A stretch of 64,000 bases of DNA from a virus. The translations under genes were made by a program, and so were the position numbers. The notes under the pieces were generated by a model. It was not told where the DNA came from. It saw only the letters and a program-made list of their open reading frames with translations, and searched no databases. Below, one piece after another: positions 8,422 to 18,389 of this stretch (position 1 is its first letter; each line of letters opens with the position of its first letter). The stretch lies in IMG/VR virus record IMGVR_UViG_3300016472_000923. One strand, given 5' to 3'.

Positions 8422-9140
8422 CCCCAGTGTTCTAGGATAGACCGTTCCTGCACTTCATGCGGCTTGGGACTGCCGTGGAAAATTATCACGGAAGAGTCCT
8501 TGGGGATATTTGCACCCGCTCCGGGTTGGCGGTGTGCTCGTCTTTGATTGTCCCACCCGCCATCTTTGATCTGCCACCGATAACTCAGTACCCGATGCTG
8601 ATCTAAAAAGCCGATCTGGTCCCGGGGCAACACTGAGTTTAGATAGTCTTGATCTCCAGAGAATCGTTTGATCATGGCATTGCGATCTTGTTTGAGCCAG
8701 CCATCCCAGATCCAATGGAATCTCGCAGGGTCCCAATACATGATACTGGAATTGATTTCTTGCCTGTCAGATCGCCAGAGGTAACGGAAATCACGCACTG
8801 CCCAAAAACGGTCCAAGGGCAGGTCCATGATCCAATCTATGTTGTTGACAATGACAGTGTCAAGATCAAAAAATAGCAGCGGCGCCTCCACCATGTTCTT
8901 AGAGTTGAACATCTGCATCTTATACCACCATGATTTCCGAGGACCGGAAACTCCTGGCCACTCGGTCAGCTCATGTTTTATGTAATCACCGGGCACGGAT
9001 CTACGAGCTTCTGTCCACACATGCAATCGGATATCTCTGGTACAACAACGATCCAGCATGCGACGGAGATTTTCTACATAACGCCAGTCGTACTTGTCTC
9101 CGTGGATGACACAGGCACAATCGATCAATGTATGACTCAT
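8418..9140 (-). CDS. GT-A glycosyltransferase (GT8-like)
   Basis: WWYK, FFDLDTVI, INSS, GDQDYL, FHGSPKPH. Confidence 0.85.
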   Translation of the reverse strand: MSHTLIDCACVIHGDKYDWRYVENLRRMLDRCCTRDIRLHVWTEARRSVPGDYIKHELTEWPGVSGPRKSWWYKMQMFNSKNMVEAPLLFFDLDTVIVNNIDWIMDLPLDRFWAVRDFRYLWRSDRQEINSSIMYWDPARFHWIWDGWLKQDRNAMIKRFSGDQDYLNSVLPRDQIGFLDQHRVLSYRWQIKDGGWDNQRRAHRQPGAGANIPKDSSVIIFHGSPKPHEVQERSILEHWG

Positions 9141-9982
9141 AACTTATTGGCCAATCTCGTCAACCAAAGTCCCTGTGCTAATTCTTCCAGGGTGTATTCC
9201 GTGTGACATATTTCTATAAACCATTGCTCTCTGTCTTTTGTTGGCACACCATTGATATGTTCCATACTTATCGACACCGGCCAAGCCAGGCTAGATCTGT
9301 CAACTATCACGGGTGTTTGGCAAATGGCCGCTTGTATGCCCGGTCCACTGTTGTGATTGACCACTGCATGACATGAATAATCTATGTCAAAATCATCGTA
9401 GGTATTGGGTCGTTGCCTAGGTGCCTGTATCTTGACTCCAGCAGGAACAGTGAGATTCTTCAGTGGTGACCTTGGATGAGATCTGATCACTATAGGGCGA
9501 TCTGTATGACTGCGGATTTGTTGTATCTTGTGTTGTACCCATATCTCTGGTGTGTCTTGTCCTGCCCACTGTAGACTGGCACGATGTTGGCAAGCGATCA
9601 ATATGTGGTCTGCTCGATTCTTTGGATGGGCAAGTTGCACACCTAACTTGTTGGGCCTATCCATGTCAAGATCATGTTGATGTCCATAATATCCCAAGGC
9701 ATTGACATTGTCGATGGCCACTTTCCAAGTCCGGCCTCGATGCAGAGATCCCACATCGATCACGATCACGGGCCGCCCTTGTGCTGTGTAATGTTCAAAC
9801 ACAGGTCGATTAGCAGACATCCGACCCGACCAGAGCACAGACCAGATCAAGGCTGCATCGCAGTCTAGATTATTTTCAATGGCTTTGATTCCTGCCTGGT
9901 TGAGAGAAGACAGCAAAGCCGACATCACTGGGGGTGCGTTCCTGGCGGCCTGAGAAGGAAAATATGCTATGTTTTTGACCAT
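9137..9982 (-). CDS. GT-B-like protein of capsule-biosynthesis (KpsS/KpsC-like) type, paralog 1
   Basis: IRSHP, HNSGPGIQAAI, DREQW...EYTLEE. Confidence 0.6.
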   Translation of the reverse strand: MVKNIAYFPSQAARNAPPVMSALLSSLNQAGIKAIENNLDCDAALIWSVLWSGRMSANRPVFEHYTAQGRPVIVIDVGSLHRGRTWKVAIDNVNALGYYGHQHDLDMDRPNKLGVQLAHPKNRADHILIACQHRASLQWAGQDTPEIWVQHKIQQIRSHTDRPIVIRSHPRSPLKNLTVPAGVKIQAPRQRPNTYDDFDIDYSCHAVVNHNSGPGIQAAICQTPVIVDRSSLAWPVSISMEHINGVPTKDREQWFIEICHTEYTLEELAQGLWLTRLANKL

Positions 9983-9987
9983 AAATA
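9982..9987 (+). promoter_or_regulatory. T4-like late promoter TAAATA
   Basis: 4 nt upstream of GTG 9992; heads the plus-strand 4-gene block. Confidence 0.6.
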
Positions 9988-9991
9988 TCGC

Positions 9992-10807
9992 GTGAAGTAT
10001 ACCGTAATTACCACTTTCAACCAGGCTGGTCTAGATACCTACGGTCAGCGGATGATCGATAGTTTTGAAAAATTTTGGCCGTCGGACGTTCAACTCATGG
10101 TATGTACTGAGCATTGCACACCCAAGATCACCCGCTCAAATGTCAGCAGCGTAGATCTCGTAGAACAAAGCCCCATGTTGAGAGATTTTTTGCATCGCCA
10201 TGCCAAAAACGATTTGGCTCATGGCCGTGCCGGCCCACCTGGCATATTTGATCCAAAAAAACAGTTCCGTTGGGACGCAGTAAGATTCAGTTACAAAGTC
10301 TTTAGTGTTGCGTTGTGTGCAGGCCTGATTGATTCTGGTTGGATGATCTGGTTGGACGCTGACAGCCATACACACAGTGAGGTGACCCTCTCGTGGCTCG
10401 ATGCCATTTGTCCTGGCAATGCAATGATATCATATCTAGGTCGCGGTGAACGATATCACAGCGAGTGTGGTTGGGTTGGTTACAATCTTGATCATTCAAT
10501 GACCAGGGATTTTATCAGCGATTTTGTTGGAATGTATGAAACAGACAAGATATTCGATAATCCGGAGTGGCATGATAGTTACATATGGGACATTGTCCGC
10601 AGGAAATATCATCAACAAAATGTCTTCCATAATCTAAATCATGACCAAAATACCAAACTGGCCGGGCATCCTTTTATCAACAGTGTATTGGGCACATGCA
10701 TGGATCATGCCAAAGGATCTCGTAAATCGCAAGGCAGGAGCATGTCCAAAGACATCAAACAACATCTCGATCATCCCTACTGGAAAAAGATCGTGACCAA
10801 CGGATAA
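9992..10807 (+). CDS. GT-A glycosyltransferase
   Basis: RFSYKVF, IWLDAD (DxD), WHDS, DHAKG. Confidence 0.75.
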   Translation: MKYTVITTFNQAGLDTYGQRMIDSFEKFWPSDVQLMVCTEHCTPKITRSNVSSVDLVEQSPMLRDFLHRHAKNDLAHGRAGPPGIFDPKKQFRWDAVRFSYKVFSVALCAGLIDSGWMIWLDADSHTHSEVTLSWLDAICPGNAMISYLGRGERYHSECGWVGYNLDHSMTRDFISDFVGMYETDKIFDNPEWHDSYIWDIVRRKYHQQNVFHNLNHDQNTKLAGHPFINSVLGTCMDHAKGSRKSQGRSMSKDIKQHLDHPYWKKIVTNG

Positions 10808-10809
10808 TC

Positions 10810-11460
10810 ATGTACCAAGCACACGGATGGTGGTTTCCAGACCAAGACACCCATTTCGCCGAAATGCTGACTAAGCATGTCAACAAAGGTGGTGAGGCTG
10901 TTTATCAACACAAGGTACGCCGGATCAGCATTGATCGTTGCTCACGGAAAAATCTAGCCCTAGACATAGGAGCCAATGTCGGACTGTGGAGCAAAGATCT
11001 CTGCGCTGAATTCGCAAATGTAGTGGCCTTTGAGCCCGTGGTCGAATTCAGTCAGTGTCTTCGTCAAAATGTTCCTGCTACCAATCTTGAACTATTGGGT
11101 CTTGCCCTGGGAGATTGCAACACCATGGTGGACATGATTATAACTGAGGGCAATACCGGGCATACACATGTAGACACAGCATCCTACGGCCAGGGCACGG
11201 TGCACATGGTCACTTTAGACTCTTTGGAGTTTCCAGAGATAGATTACATCAAGATCGATTGCGAAGGATTTGAGAACAAAATATTAAGAGGTGCAGAAGC
11301 CACGATTAAAAAATATCGTCCAATCATCGTGATAGAAGATAAAAAGCATAGTGATGTGGGACACGGTGATACCACAGGGGCCTTGCAAACCTTGCAAAAC
11401 TGGGGCGCTGTCATACTACATACGGTAAACAATGATCATGTCATGGGTTGGTGTCGATGA
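10810..11460 (+). CDS. FkbM-family methyltransferase
   Basis: LDIGANVG, AFEP, IKIDCEGFE. Confidence 0.92.
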   Translation: MYQAHGWWFPDQDTHFAEMLTKHVNKGGEAVYQHKVRRISIDRCSRKNLALDIGANVGLWSKDLCAEFANVVAFEPVVEFSQCLRQNVPATNLELLGLALGDCNTMVDMIITEGNTGHTHVDTASYGQGTVHMVTLDSLEFPEIDYIKIDCEGFENKILRGAEATIKKYRPIIVIEDKKHSDVGHGDTTGALQTLQNWGAVILHTVNNDHVMGWCR

Positions 11461-12515
11461 AATATTTGCTGAATCTCGAACAGATAGTACAACCTCTCGC
11501 AAGACGCATGCTGAAACGCCGCCTGTGCCGATTTCCGCAAACCGCTTTCCGCACGCAAGAATACATCGACAAACACAAAAAGAAGTTTGCTAAAACTCAG
11601 GTATTGTCTGTTGATTTTGGTGAAGTAAACACTTTGCTGAAATCAGACATAGAATCTTATTACCACAATATAGTCAAGCACTACAAAAAATGGTACAGGC
11701 CTCTGTGCCGATGGCTGGCTGATAACTCAAGCCGGTTGCCAAAGAATCGTGGCATAGATATTGCTGCCATCAATTGCATGGCCAAAGATCTTGCCTGCCA
11801 ATTGGATGACCGGGCTGAGATGTATACAAATGCAGCGCAGGTGTTTGATACGGACAGCGTGGTGATCCATGGCAATCAGCATATTGAGTTGTTGCTGCAC
11901 CGGCAAAGGACTAAACAGGATTTTTGGTTTATAGATGCCGGTTACACCAATTTCATAACAAAAGGCAAAAAATACCACAGGCTGGTGCGCAACCATCTCC
12001 ATCACGATGTTCAACAGCGCAATTTCCCTGCAGATCGTTTGAGTCAGCTGGATAGTCTGCCACGGCCATGGCGCACATCAGGAGAACGAATAGTAGTGGT
12101 ATTGGCCAGCGATCGACACTATGCTTTGCACGATACCACAGTAGATCAATGGAGGCTGGATATCAAGCAAAAAATCCGGAAGCATACAAACAGGCCGCTA
12201 GAGTTCCGAATCAAAGACAACAATCGCAAGACCCGCTCGAGCTTGTACGACGATCTCAAGAATGATCAGGATGTGTACTGTGTAATCTCTGACAGCAGTG
12301 CTGCGGCCATAGAGGCCATATGGCTGGGCATTCCTATCATCACCTTGCACACTCACATCACGCAACCTGTGGCGCGGACCAGGATTGAAGATATCAATGA
12401 TCTCTATCGTGGCGGCCTTGGTGATTGGTTGTGTGCGCTGACCTACAGTCAGTTTACAGAAACAGAAATACAACAAGGACTGGCACTAGACATCATCCAG
12501 AGATATCATGCATGA
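11457..12515 (+). CDS. GT-B-like KpsS-type protein, paralog 2
   Basis: FIDAGY, SSAAAIEAIWLGIP, LTYSQFTETE. Confidence 0.6.
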   Translation: MKYLLNLEQIVQPLARRMLKRRLCRFPQTAFRTQEYIDKHKKKFAKTQVLSVDFGEVNTLLKSDIESYYHNIVKHYKKWYRPLCRWLADNSSRLPKNRGIDIAAINCMAKDLACQLDDRAEMYTNAAQVFDTDSVVIHGNQHIELLLHRQRTKQDFWFIDAGYTNFITKGKKYHRLVRNHLHHDVQQRNFPADRLSQLDSLPRPWRTSGERIVVVLASDRHYALHDTTVDQWRLDIKQKIRKHTNRPLEFRIKDNNRKTRSSLYDDLKNDQDVYCVISDSSAAAIEAIWLGIPIITLHTHITQPVARTRIEDINDLYRGGLGDWLCALTYSQFTETEIQQGLALDIIQRYHA

Positions 12516-13407
12516 TGTAGTAGTCTACATGTCCAGCCTACCAAAGATTGCCGACCACGACCGCAAGGCACAGGTACTACGGGCTTTTGAAGCAGGAGCC
12601 CGATCGCAGGGTGCGTCGGTTGTGTTACAACATGAGCGCAGAGTACTTCCTTGCCGACTGGCAGTGATCCTAGGGTGGGTAGGCAAAAGTATCAAAGGGC
12701 CACACATACAATTGCGACAAGATGTCATCACCCAACAAGCACAGAGAGGTCATCGAGTCATGCCCATAGATGGAAGTTGCTTTAAGTTTGCGGATTTGCA
12801 CAACAGATTTCTTAGATACAGTCTGGACGGGGTCTATTATAACGCCAACATCTATGCAAACAAAAACAGTGGGCCGGAAAAATGGCAGCATATAAGTCAC
12901 GAACTGGGATTACGGTGCGCACCCTGGCGTGCCACAGGAGATCACATCCTGGTGTGCTTGCAACGCGATGGTGGGTGGTCTATGAAGGGCACAGACATGT
13001 GGGCTTGGACTCAACAAACAGTACGCAAGATACGGGCTGTGACTCGTCGTCCCATCTTGATTCGACCTCATCCAAAAAATCCCATCGATATGAATGCTCT
13101 GAGAGATCTGCCAGGAGTAAAACTGAATCCCGAAGGTAGTACCATACAGGACGATCTATCAGGTGCATGGGCAGCGGTGTTCTTCAACAGTTCGGCCAGC
13201 GTGGCTGCTGTTTTGCAAGGCATTCCAATATTTGTAGCAGACAACGATTGCGTGTCATGGTCTGTGGCCAATCATGATATTGCCAACGTTGAAGCGCCAG
13301 CAACACCTGACAGAGAACAATGGCTTTGGGACCTTTCAGCTGCTCACTGGACTGATCAGCAAAGCCGGTCGGGTGAGATTTACAGACACTTCTTATCTTT
13401 CATTTAG
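12508..13407 (+). CDS. GT-B-like KpsS-type protein, paralog 3
   Basis: IRPHP, FNSSASVAAVLQGIP, DREQWL. Confidence 0.6.
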   Translation: MHDVVVYMSSLPKIADHDRKAQVLRAFEAGARSQGASVVLQHERRVLPCRLAVILGWVGKSIKGPHIQLRQDVITQQAQRGHRVMPIDGSCFKFADLHNRFLRYSLDGVYYNANIYANKNSGPEKWQHISHELGLRCAPWRATGDHILVCLQRDGGWSMKGTDMWAWTQQTVRKIRAVTRRPILIRPHPKNPIDMNALRDLPGVKLNPEGSTIQDDLSGAWAAVFFNSSASVAAVLQGIPIFVADNDCVSWSVANHDIANVEAPATPDREQWLWDLSAAHWTDQQSRSGEIYRHFLSFI

Positions 13408-14154
13408 TATCCGCCAGCATATCCCAAACTGCATTTCTTTCTTGGTAAATTGACAGTAACTGAGATGCCTGAGCCATCTTTGTATTTCATCAGTGTCTAG
13501 ATCTGGCAGTGCATCTATCTGCTGTAGATCCCCGGCCATGGGTGCAGCAGCACTCTCGCCTAAACAAATCACGGGTATTCCATGCATCACAGATTCCACT
13601 GCACAATTGCTGTTGAAAACTACCACAGCGTTGATATCATCTTGTAAGGCATCGACAAAACGATTACTTGTCTGTCTCACATGTCGACTAGCAGGCCTTG
13701 ATCTGATCACTATTTCTCGATCAGTCAGCGACTGGATTTTGGGCACAATATCATCCAGCCATGCCTGAGACGATGCCAACCCAAACTGTGTGCAAACTTT
13801 GTCATCGGGTGGAACAACCATTAGGCGACGACCTCTGGCATAACGAGTGGTATCTAATTGGTATCTTCGGATACGATCATCTCTGCGATCTATGATGGGT
13901 CCAGTGTTCTGATGACAATTTTTGGTCACCCGGAACCAGGCTTTGGTGATGCCATTGCCAATGTAGCCGGTATCGATATAGTACCAATCCAGTCCGTATT
14001 TTTGAGCATGCATGGGTACCATGGACTTGGGTCCAGCCAACACCATGGGCAAAGTCCTGTTGGTCAGGATCTCTTCGGCTGTGGCCATGCGACCACCCAC
14101 GTGATGTAAAAAAGGTAAAACAAAAGATTGATGTCCAAACCCCAACATAGTCAT
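13393..14154 (-). CDS. GT-B-like KpsS-type protein, paralog 4
   Basis: YIDTGY, FNSNCAVESVMHGIP, HLSYCQFT. Confidence 0.6.
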   Translation of the reverse strand: MTMLGFGHQSFVLPFLHHVGGRMATAEEILTNRTLPMVLAGPKSMVPMHAQKYGLDWYYIDTGYIGNGITKAWFRVTKNCHQNTGPIIDRRDDRIRRYQLDTTRYARGRRLMVVPPDDKVCTQFGLASSQAWLDDIVPKIQSLTDREIVIRSRPASRHVRQTSNRFVDALQDDINAVVVFNSNCAVESVMHGIPVICLGESAAAPMAGDLQQIDALPDLDTDEIQRWLRHLSYCQFTKKEMQFGICWRILNER

Positions 14155-14987
14155 CGATTCAATACACGCCAGGCTGTACCATCTGCCATTTCCTGGAAGG
14201 TAAATTGGCTGTAACTAAGGTGTCGCATCCAGGCTTCTCGTTCGTCATCACTGGGTATCTTGGGATTTTCTACTGCTGCGAGATCTTGGCTACAAACTAC
14301 CGAAGCTGCATTGGGTCCTAGACAGATGGCAGGCTTGCCCAGCATCACTGCTTCACATGCGGCCACGCTGTTGTAGGTAATGAGACAATGCACGTCATCG
14401 GCCAGGGCTTCTTCTATGGTATCTACCTTCATGCGTTCTTGTCTGGGTCTCTTGAGCCTTATTTCAATGGGGCGATCGGTCAAGGTCTTCAACTGATCCC
14501 GGACCTGGGCCACCCATGTTTCAGGATGCATGTCCCACAGGGTGAGACTTTTTTCACTGGGTGGAGCTATTAGTATCTTGCGTCCAGGATAGAAAGGTCG
14601 TATTTTTACGCCCACACATCGGTCTAGCCTGGACCTATCTCTGGCCATGATCGGTCGGATGTCATGCACATGGTTCTTGATGATACGGAACCAGGTTTTC
14701 TTCACAGAGTTTCCGAAGTATCCATTGTCGATGTAATAGAAAGTGCGTCCTGTTTCCCAACAGTATTGCACAGATCTGCCCAGTTTCATACCTCTGATGC
14801 ACCAAGGATGTGACTGGGGCAGGTGCCAGGCAGCCTGCGAACTCATGACCATACCATCACACCCTCGGGCAAATGTGTCCGCGAATATGGCTTGACGATG
14901 TTTGCGCGGATGTGCCTCCATCTTGCGATCCAAACACAGCACTTGTGTGGGATACCGGCAAGGATCAATTATCACTTCCGGTTTCAT
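14151..14987 (-). CDS. GT-B-like KpsS-type protein, paralog 5
   Basis: YIDNGY, YNSVAACEAVMLGKP, HLSYSQFT. Confidence 0.6.
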   Translation of the reverse strand: MKPEVIIDPCRYPTQVLCLDRKMEAHPRKHRQAIFADTFARGCDGMVMSSQAAWHLPQSHPWCIRGMKLGRSVQYCWETGRTFYYIDNGYFGNSVKKTWFRIIKNHVHDIRPIMARDRSRLDRCVGVKIRPFYPGRKILIAPPSEKSLTLWDMHPETWVAQVRDQLKTLTDRPIEIRLKRPRQERMKVDTIEEALADDVHCLITYNSVAACEAVMLGKPAICLGPNAASVVCSQDLAAVENPKIPSDDEREAWMRHLSYSQFTFQEMADGTAWRVLNR

Positions 14988-15667
14988 TGAGATTTCTGCA
15001 AACAATAATCTGTGAGCATGCGTTCACGATGCCATTCTTCAGCCTGGGGTGTGTCAGCGAATTCATGGAAACAAGGGGTGCCCAAAGTGTAATGCAAGAG
15101 TTTGGCATCTGGATTTGGTCCAAATTCATCCGGTAACCAGTTCCACACAGGGTCCAAGGACTGGATGCGATCGTTATCGATCCACGAGAACCTGTGCAGG
15201 AAACTGCCGGGTTGTTTTTGAACGAATTCTGGCGTGAGTTGCTTGTTGGGATAGGTCTGACAGTCCCATACGATCACTGATGACCAGTTCTTCCTGGGGT
15301 AGTTTTCGTTCTTGCTGCCCAGGTATTTTTCAGTCATCCTAGTCTGATAGTCATGCTTGACCACTGCCACATCCATGCCTATCTCCAGGCTCTCATACAA
15401 TTCTACAATGTCACTGCGCACGATCATGTCACCATCGATGAAGATAGCACGACCGTGGAAATTCATGAGATATGGTACCAAGAAACGACTGTAGATAAAT
15501 TGATTGCTACCATCGGTGTGCGTTTCTTGATAGTCCTGGAAAAGGTTCAAAGCTATGGGTATGATGGCCACCGGTGAGGATGCTGTTCTTATAATAGAAT
15601 TGGCACATACATGATAGGCCACAGCCTCTCTTGGGTCGTATCCAACAAACACAGGGATAGGCTTCAA
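14984..15667 (-). CDS. GT-A glycosyltransferase (CDI/GT8-like)
   Basis: VFVGYDPRE, FIYSRFLVPYL, FIDGDM, YPRKNWSS, HYTLGTP. Confidence 0.85.
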   Translation of the reverse strand: MKPIPVFVGYDPREAVAYHVCANSIIRTASSPVAIIPIALNLFQDYQETHTDGSNQFIYSRFLVPYLMNFHGRAIFIDGDMIVRSDIVELYESLEIGMDVAVVKHDYQTRMTEKYLGSKNENYPRKNWSSVIVWDCQTYPNKQLTPEFVQKQPGSFLHRFSWIDNDRIQSLDPVWNWLPDEFGPNPDAKLLHYTLGTPCFHEFADTPQAEEWHRERMLTDYCLQKSQ

Positions 15668-16431
15668 ATCTTTTGCCTTTCGATATCTTCTTCTTCGCAG
15701 CGATCGCCGTACTGTATTTCCACTATCTTCAGTGGATTAGGATCTTCGTTGACCAACTGATGCCAATCGTGCATACCGATGTGTAGGTACTGATGACGTT
15801 GATATCGGCCTTGCAATTCCATGTCTGTGCTGCGGTTCAATGTGTATACTGTGGCTTCTCCCGAGGCCACCAACCAGAATTCTGATCTTTGCTGGTGCCG
15901 TTGCATGCTGAGAGCAGCGCCGGGTTCCACTGTGAGTTCTTTGACTTTGACGCCCGGACCCTCATGCAACACACGATAATATCCCCAAGGGCGACGAGTC
16001 TGTGGTGCTTTCCATTCTTCAAGTATCCATGAGCTAGAATTGGCTTTGTTAAACCCGCCTACACCAAACACAAATTTGATGTTGTCGTCTACAACGTCCA
16101 TCTCTGGGATATTGTCGTTGGTACGGTCGCCTCCGTTGGCGAAGATGATCCGGTCTTGTGGATAACTGGCCCGCACCAAGCGTATGGCATCCTTGGCCGA
16201 GCCGTCGCTGTCGTCGAAATCAATGACGAAATCCACGCCTACTATGTTACGCAAGATCGTGGCACGCTCTTTTACGGGCATGAAACTCCGACCTTTTTTG
16301 CGAGTGAGCCAGGCATCACTGTTGACTCCTACCACTAGGATATCGCCCAGGGCCTTGGCCTCTTGGATGTATTTGATATGTCCGCTGTGGACTGGATCAA
16401 ATCCGCCGGTTATCAGTACTATGTTCTTCAT
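15664..16431 (-). CDS. Cytidylyltransferase-family nucleotidyltransferase fused to a type II PMI-like cupin
   Basis: GGFDPVHSGH, VGVNSD, NGGDR; C-terminal RPWGYY, LSMQRH..RSEFW, EIQYG..EEDIER. Confidence 0.88.
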   Translation of the reverse strand: MKNIVLITGGFDPVHSGHIKYIQEAKALGDILVVGVNSDAWLTRKKGRSFMPVKERATILRNIVGVDFVIDFDDSDGSAKDAIRLVRASYPQDRIIFANGGDRTNDNIPEMDVVDDNIKFVFGVGGFNKANSSSWILEEWKAPQTRRPWGYYRVLHEGPGVKVKELTVEPGAALSMQRHQQRSEFWLVASGEATVYTLNRSTDMELQGRYQRHQYLHIGMHDWHQLVNEDPNPLKIVEIQYGDRCEEEDIERQKI

Positions 16432-16436
16432 TGGGA

Positions 16437-16444
16437 TATTTATA
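16437..16444 (-). promoter_or_regulatory. T4 late promoter TATAAATA
   Basis: Exact T4 consensus, 5 nt upstream of ATG 16431. Confidence 0.75.
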
Positions 16445-16465
16445 GGTAGTTAATGGGTAGAGATT

Positions 16466-17125
16466 TCAATTCTTTGTAGTGGATTTGATAGGTTGTAGTG
16501 CTGTGAAATAGGGGCGGTACACCCTCAACCAAGGAAAAAGTTGGCGGCACATGATGGCGTCATTGGGCCACCATCCCACTTGATCCTGTGCTTCAATGAC
16601 CTGCTGTGCTGCCCAAGGCTGTATGACATAGGCACTGTGGCCAGGTAGGCCCTGGGGTATCGAAGAATCGGCGACCCAAGGTACTTCGTTTTCCCCGTCG
16701 ATCAATTGATCATGATAATGATCTGCGTTAAATGTGGCTCTGCGGGGATCGTTAATGGACAGGGCACCGGCTTGCCAATGTTCTAAATCAAATCGTCGGC
16801 AAAACACAGCATCATGTTCCAAGATGCAGATGGGTTGGTCCAATTCCACACATTTTTCCCACAATCGATAATGGCTCTGGGCGCAGGCTATTCTCTTCCT
16901 CACATCTGCGTTTTTATAAGCCCGGAGTTCCAACCCAGTCCGACAACAGATCTGCTTTTTCGTGGTGGGCCAGCGCCACTCACAATCAAACAAGGTGTCT
17001 GGAGTGATCGCTGGCCAGATCTCTGGTGTTAATTTGCTTTGGGTTGCACGGATAGACTCTATACAACGATCAGCGGCCGCTTGGCTGACAGCATCGTGAA
17101 CCAGGGTGATCACGAAAGCCCGCAT
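16466..17125 (-). CDS. GT25-family glycosyltransferase
   Basis: AFVITL, CAQSHYRLW, ILEHDA, AYVI. Confidence 0.85.
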   Translation of the reverse strand: MRAFVITLVHDAVSQAAADRCIESIRATQSKLTPEIWPAITPDTLFDCEWRWPTTKKQICCRTGLELRAYKNADVRKRIACAQSHYRLWEKCVELDQPICILEHDAVFCRRFDLEHWQAGALSINDPRRATFNADHYHDQLIDGENEVPWVADSSIPQGLPGHSAYVIQPWAAQQVIEAQDQVGWWPNDAIMCRQLFPWLRVYRPYFTALQPIKSTTKN

Positions 17126-17128
17126 GAT

Positions 17129-17626
17129 CTATTTTTCTGCCACAGCGTAGAATGAGTGATTGAGATCATGCCCGGGCGTGACGAATATCTTGTTATAACC
17201 TCTTGACACCAGATAATCTTCCAGATGTTGAGGTTCTAGCACGCTGACATGTTTGCGATTGTTCCATGGCCGCCAGTAGGTCTGGCTGTAGTGAGGAAGA
17301 TAAAGGAACAGCACACCGCCTTTTCTCAGTCTGGTACCCCAGTGATCCAAGGCCCGTACCCAATCTGGCAAATGCTCTAGGCAATGGCTGCTGAAGATAT
17401 AATCAAACACATCATTGGGCAGATCATAGGCATCGGTATTGACATCGATGTTAGGATCGATCATGATGGCTCCGGGCAAAGCCCATTCTGGGCGATTGCA
17501 TCCTATGTCAAGACCTCGACCACGACACAGCCGCTGGGCAAATGGCCAGGCGAACTGCGCAGCGAAACCTTCGCTTTGGAATCGAGGATAGTCTTGACCT
17601 TGATGTTGTATGGTTTCAATAGTCAT
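17129..17626 (-). CDS. Class I SAM methyltransferase (type 11-like)
   Basis: LDIGC, FDYIFSSHCLEH, LRKGG. Confidence 0.88.
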   Translation of the reverse strand: MTIETIQHQGQDYPRFQSEGFAAQFAWPFAQRLCRGRGLDIGCNRPEWALPGAIMIDPNIDVNTDAYDLPNDVFDYIFSSHCLEHLPDWVRALDHWGTRLRKGGVLFLYLPHYSQTYWRPWNNRKHVSVLEPQHLEDYLVSRGYNKIFVTPGHDLNHSFYAVAEK

Positions 17627-18389
17627 TGATATGACATCCGTGATCTCTGGCCATTTTCAAATGGTGTTCCCAGTCTGTTTCTGGCCGGTTGGTATAAAGG
17701 TAAATGTTCTTGGGTTCAAAATACATCTGAGCCATGTGCATGTAACCGCTATCTACTCCGATGTGATACTGAGCACGACTCATGGCATACCCGGCATAAG
17801 TGGCTCGGCGCAATCTAGGATCTCGTGCCTGACCTCCTACAGTGACGATTTCGCAACCCAGTGCTTGGAATTTTTCTTTGATGCGTTGCAACTGGTCTGA
17901 CTGTAAATGTCTTTTTTTGCTAGAAGCATCTACCTGGCACGTGGCAAATCGTTCAGGAAGATCCAAGGGTTCCGGTATGGCCCGGCCTGGTAGTCGAGCA
18001 TAGTTGGCCATGTATGCATCTACGAAAAAACTGGGCTGGAGCACTTTCTGCAACCTACCAGGATATTTTTCGTAGTAATGCAACACAGCATCCGGATACT
18101 TCTGTTGCACCAGATCCAGGAAATCTCTGTCGGTATATGATCTATCGCGAGTGTTATGACACTCCACCGACACAGAACCGTGGGGAAATAGCTCCAGGAC
18201 TTCGGCCCAGATCTGTGGTTTGTCTCGATTGTTTTGATGACTGGCTATGTGTAATGTAGCAGGTTCGCCATGGGCTTGTCCATACAGATAGGTCAGCAGA
18301 CAACTATGGACGATGTCGCCGAATCCGGGACAACTGTACATGAGATCTGGAATCCTGGTGCTCCAGTATCTTTGAACCACGTGTTTCAT
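17616..18389 (-). CDS. GT-B glycosyltransferase (GT9-like)
   Basis: GFGDIV near the N-terminus; IGVDSGYMHMA near the C-terminus. Confidence 0.7.
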   Translation of the reverse strand: MKHVVQRYWSTRIPDLMYSCPGFGDIVHSCLLTYLYGQAHGEPATLHIASHQNNRDKPQIWAEVLELFPHGSVSVECHNTRDRSYTDRDFLDLVQQKYPDAVLHYYEKYPGRLQKVLQPSFFVDAYMANYARLPGRAIPEPLDLPERFATCQVDASSKKRHLQSDQLQRIKEKFQALGCEIVTVGGQARDPRLRRATYAGYAMSRAQYHIGVDSGYMHMAQMYFEPKNIYLYTNRPETDWEHHLKMARDHGCHINDY

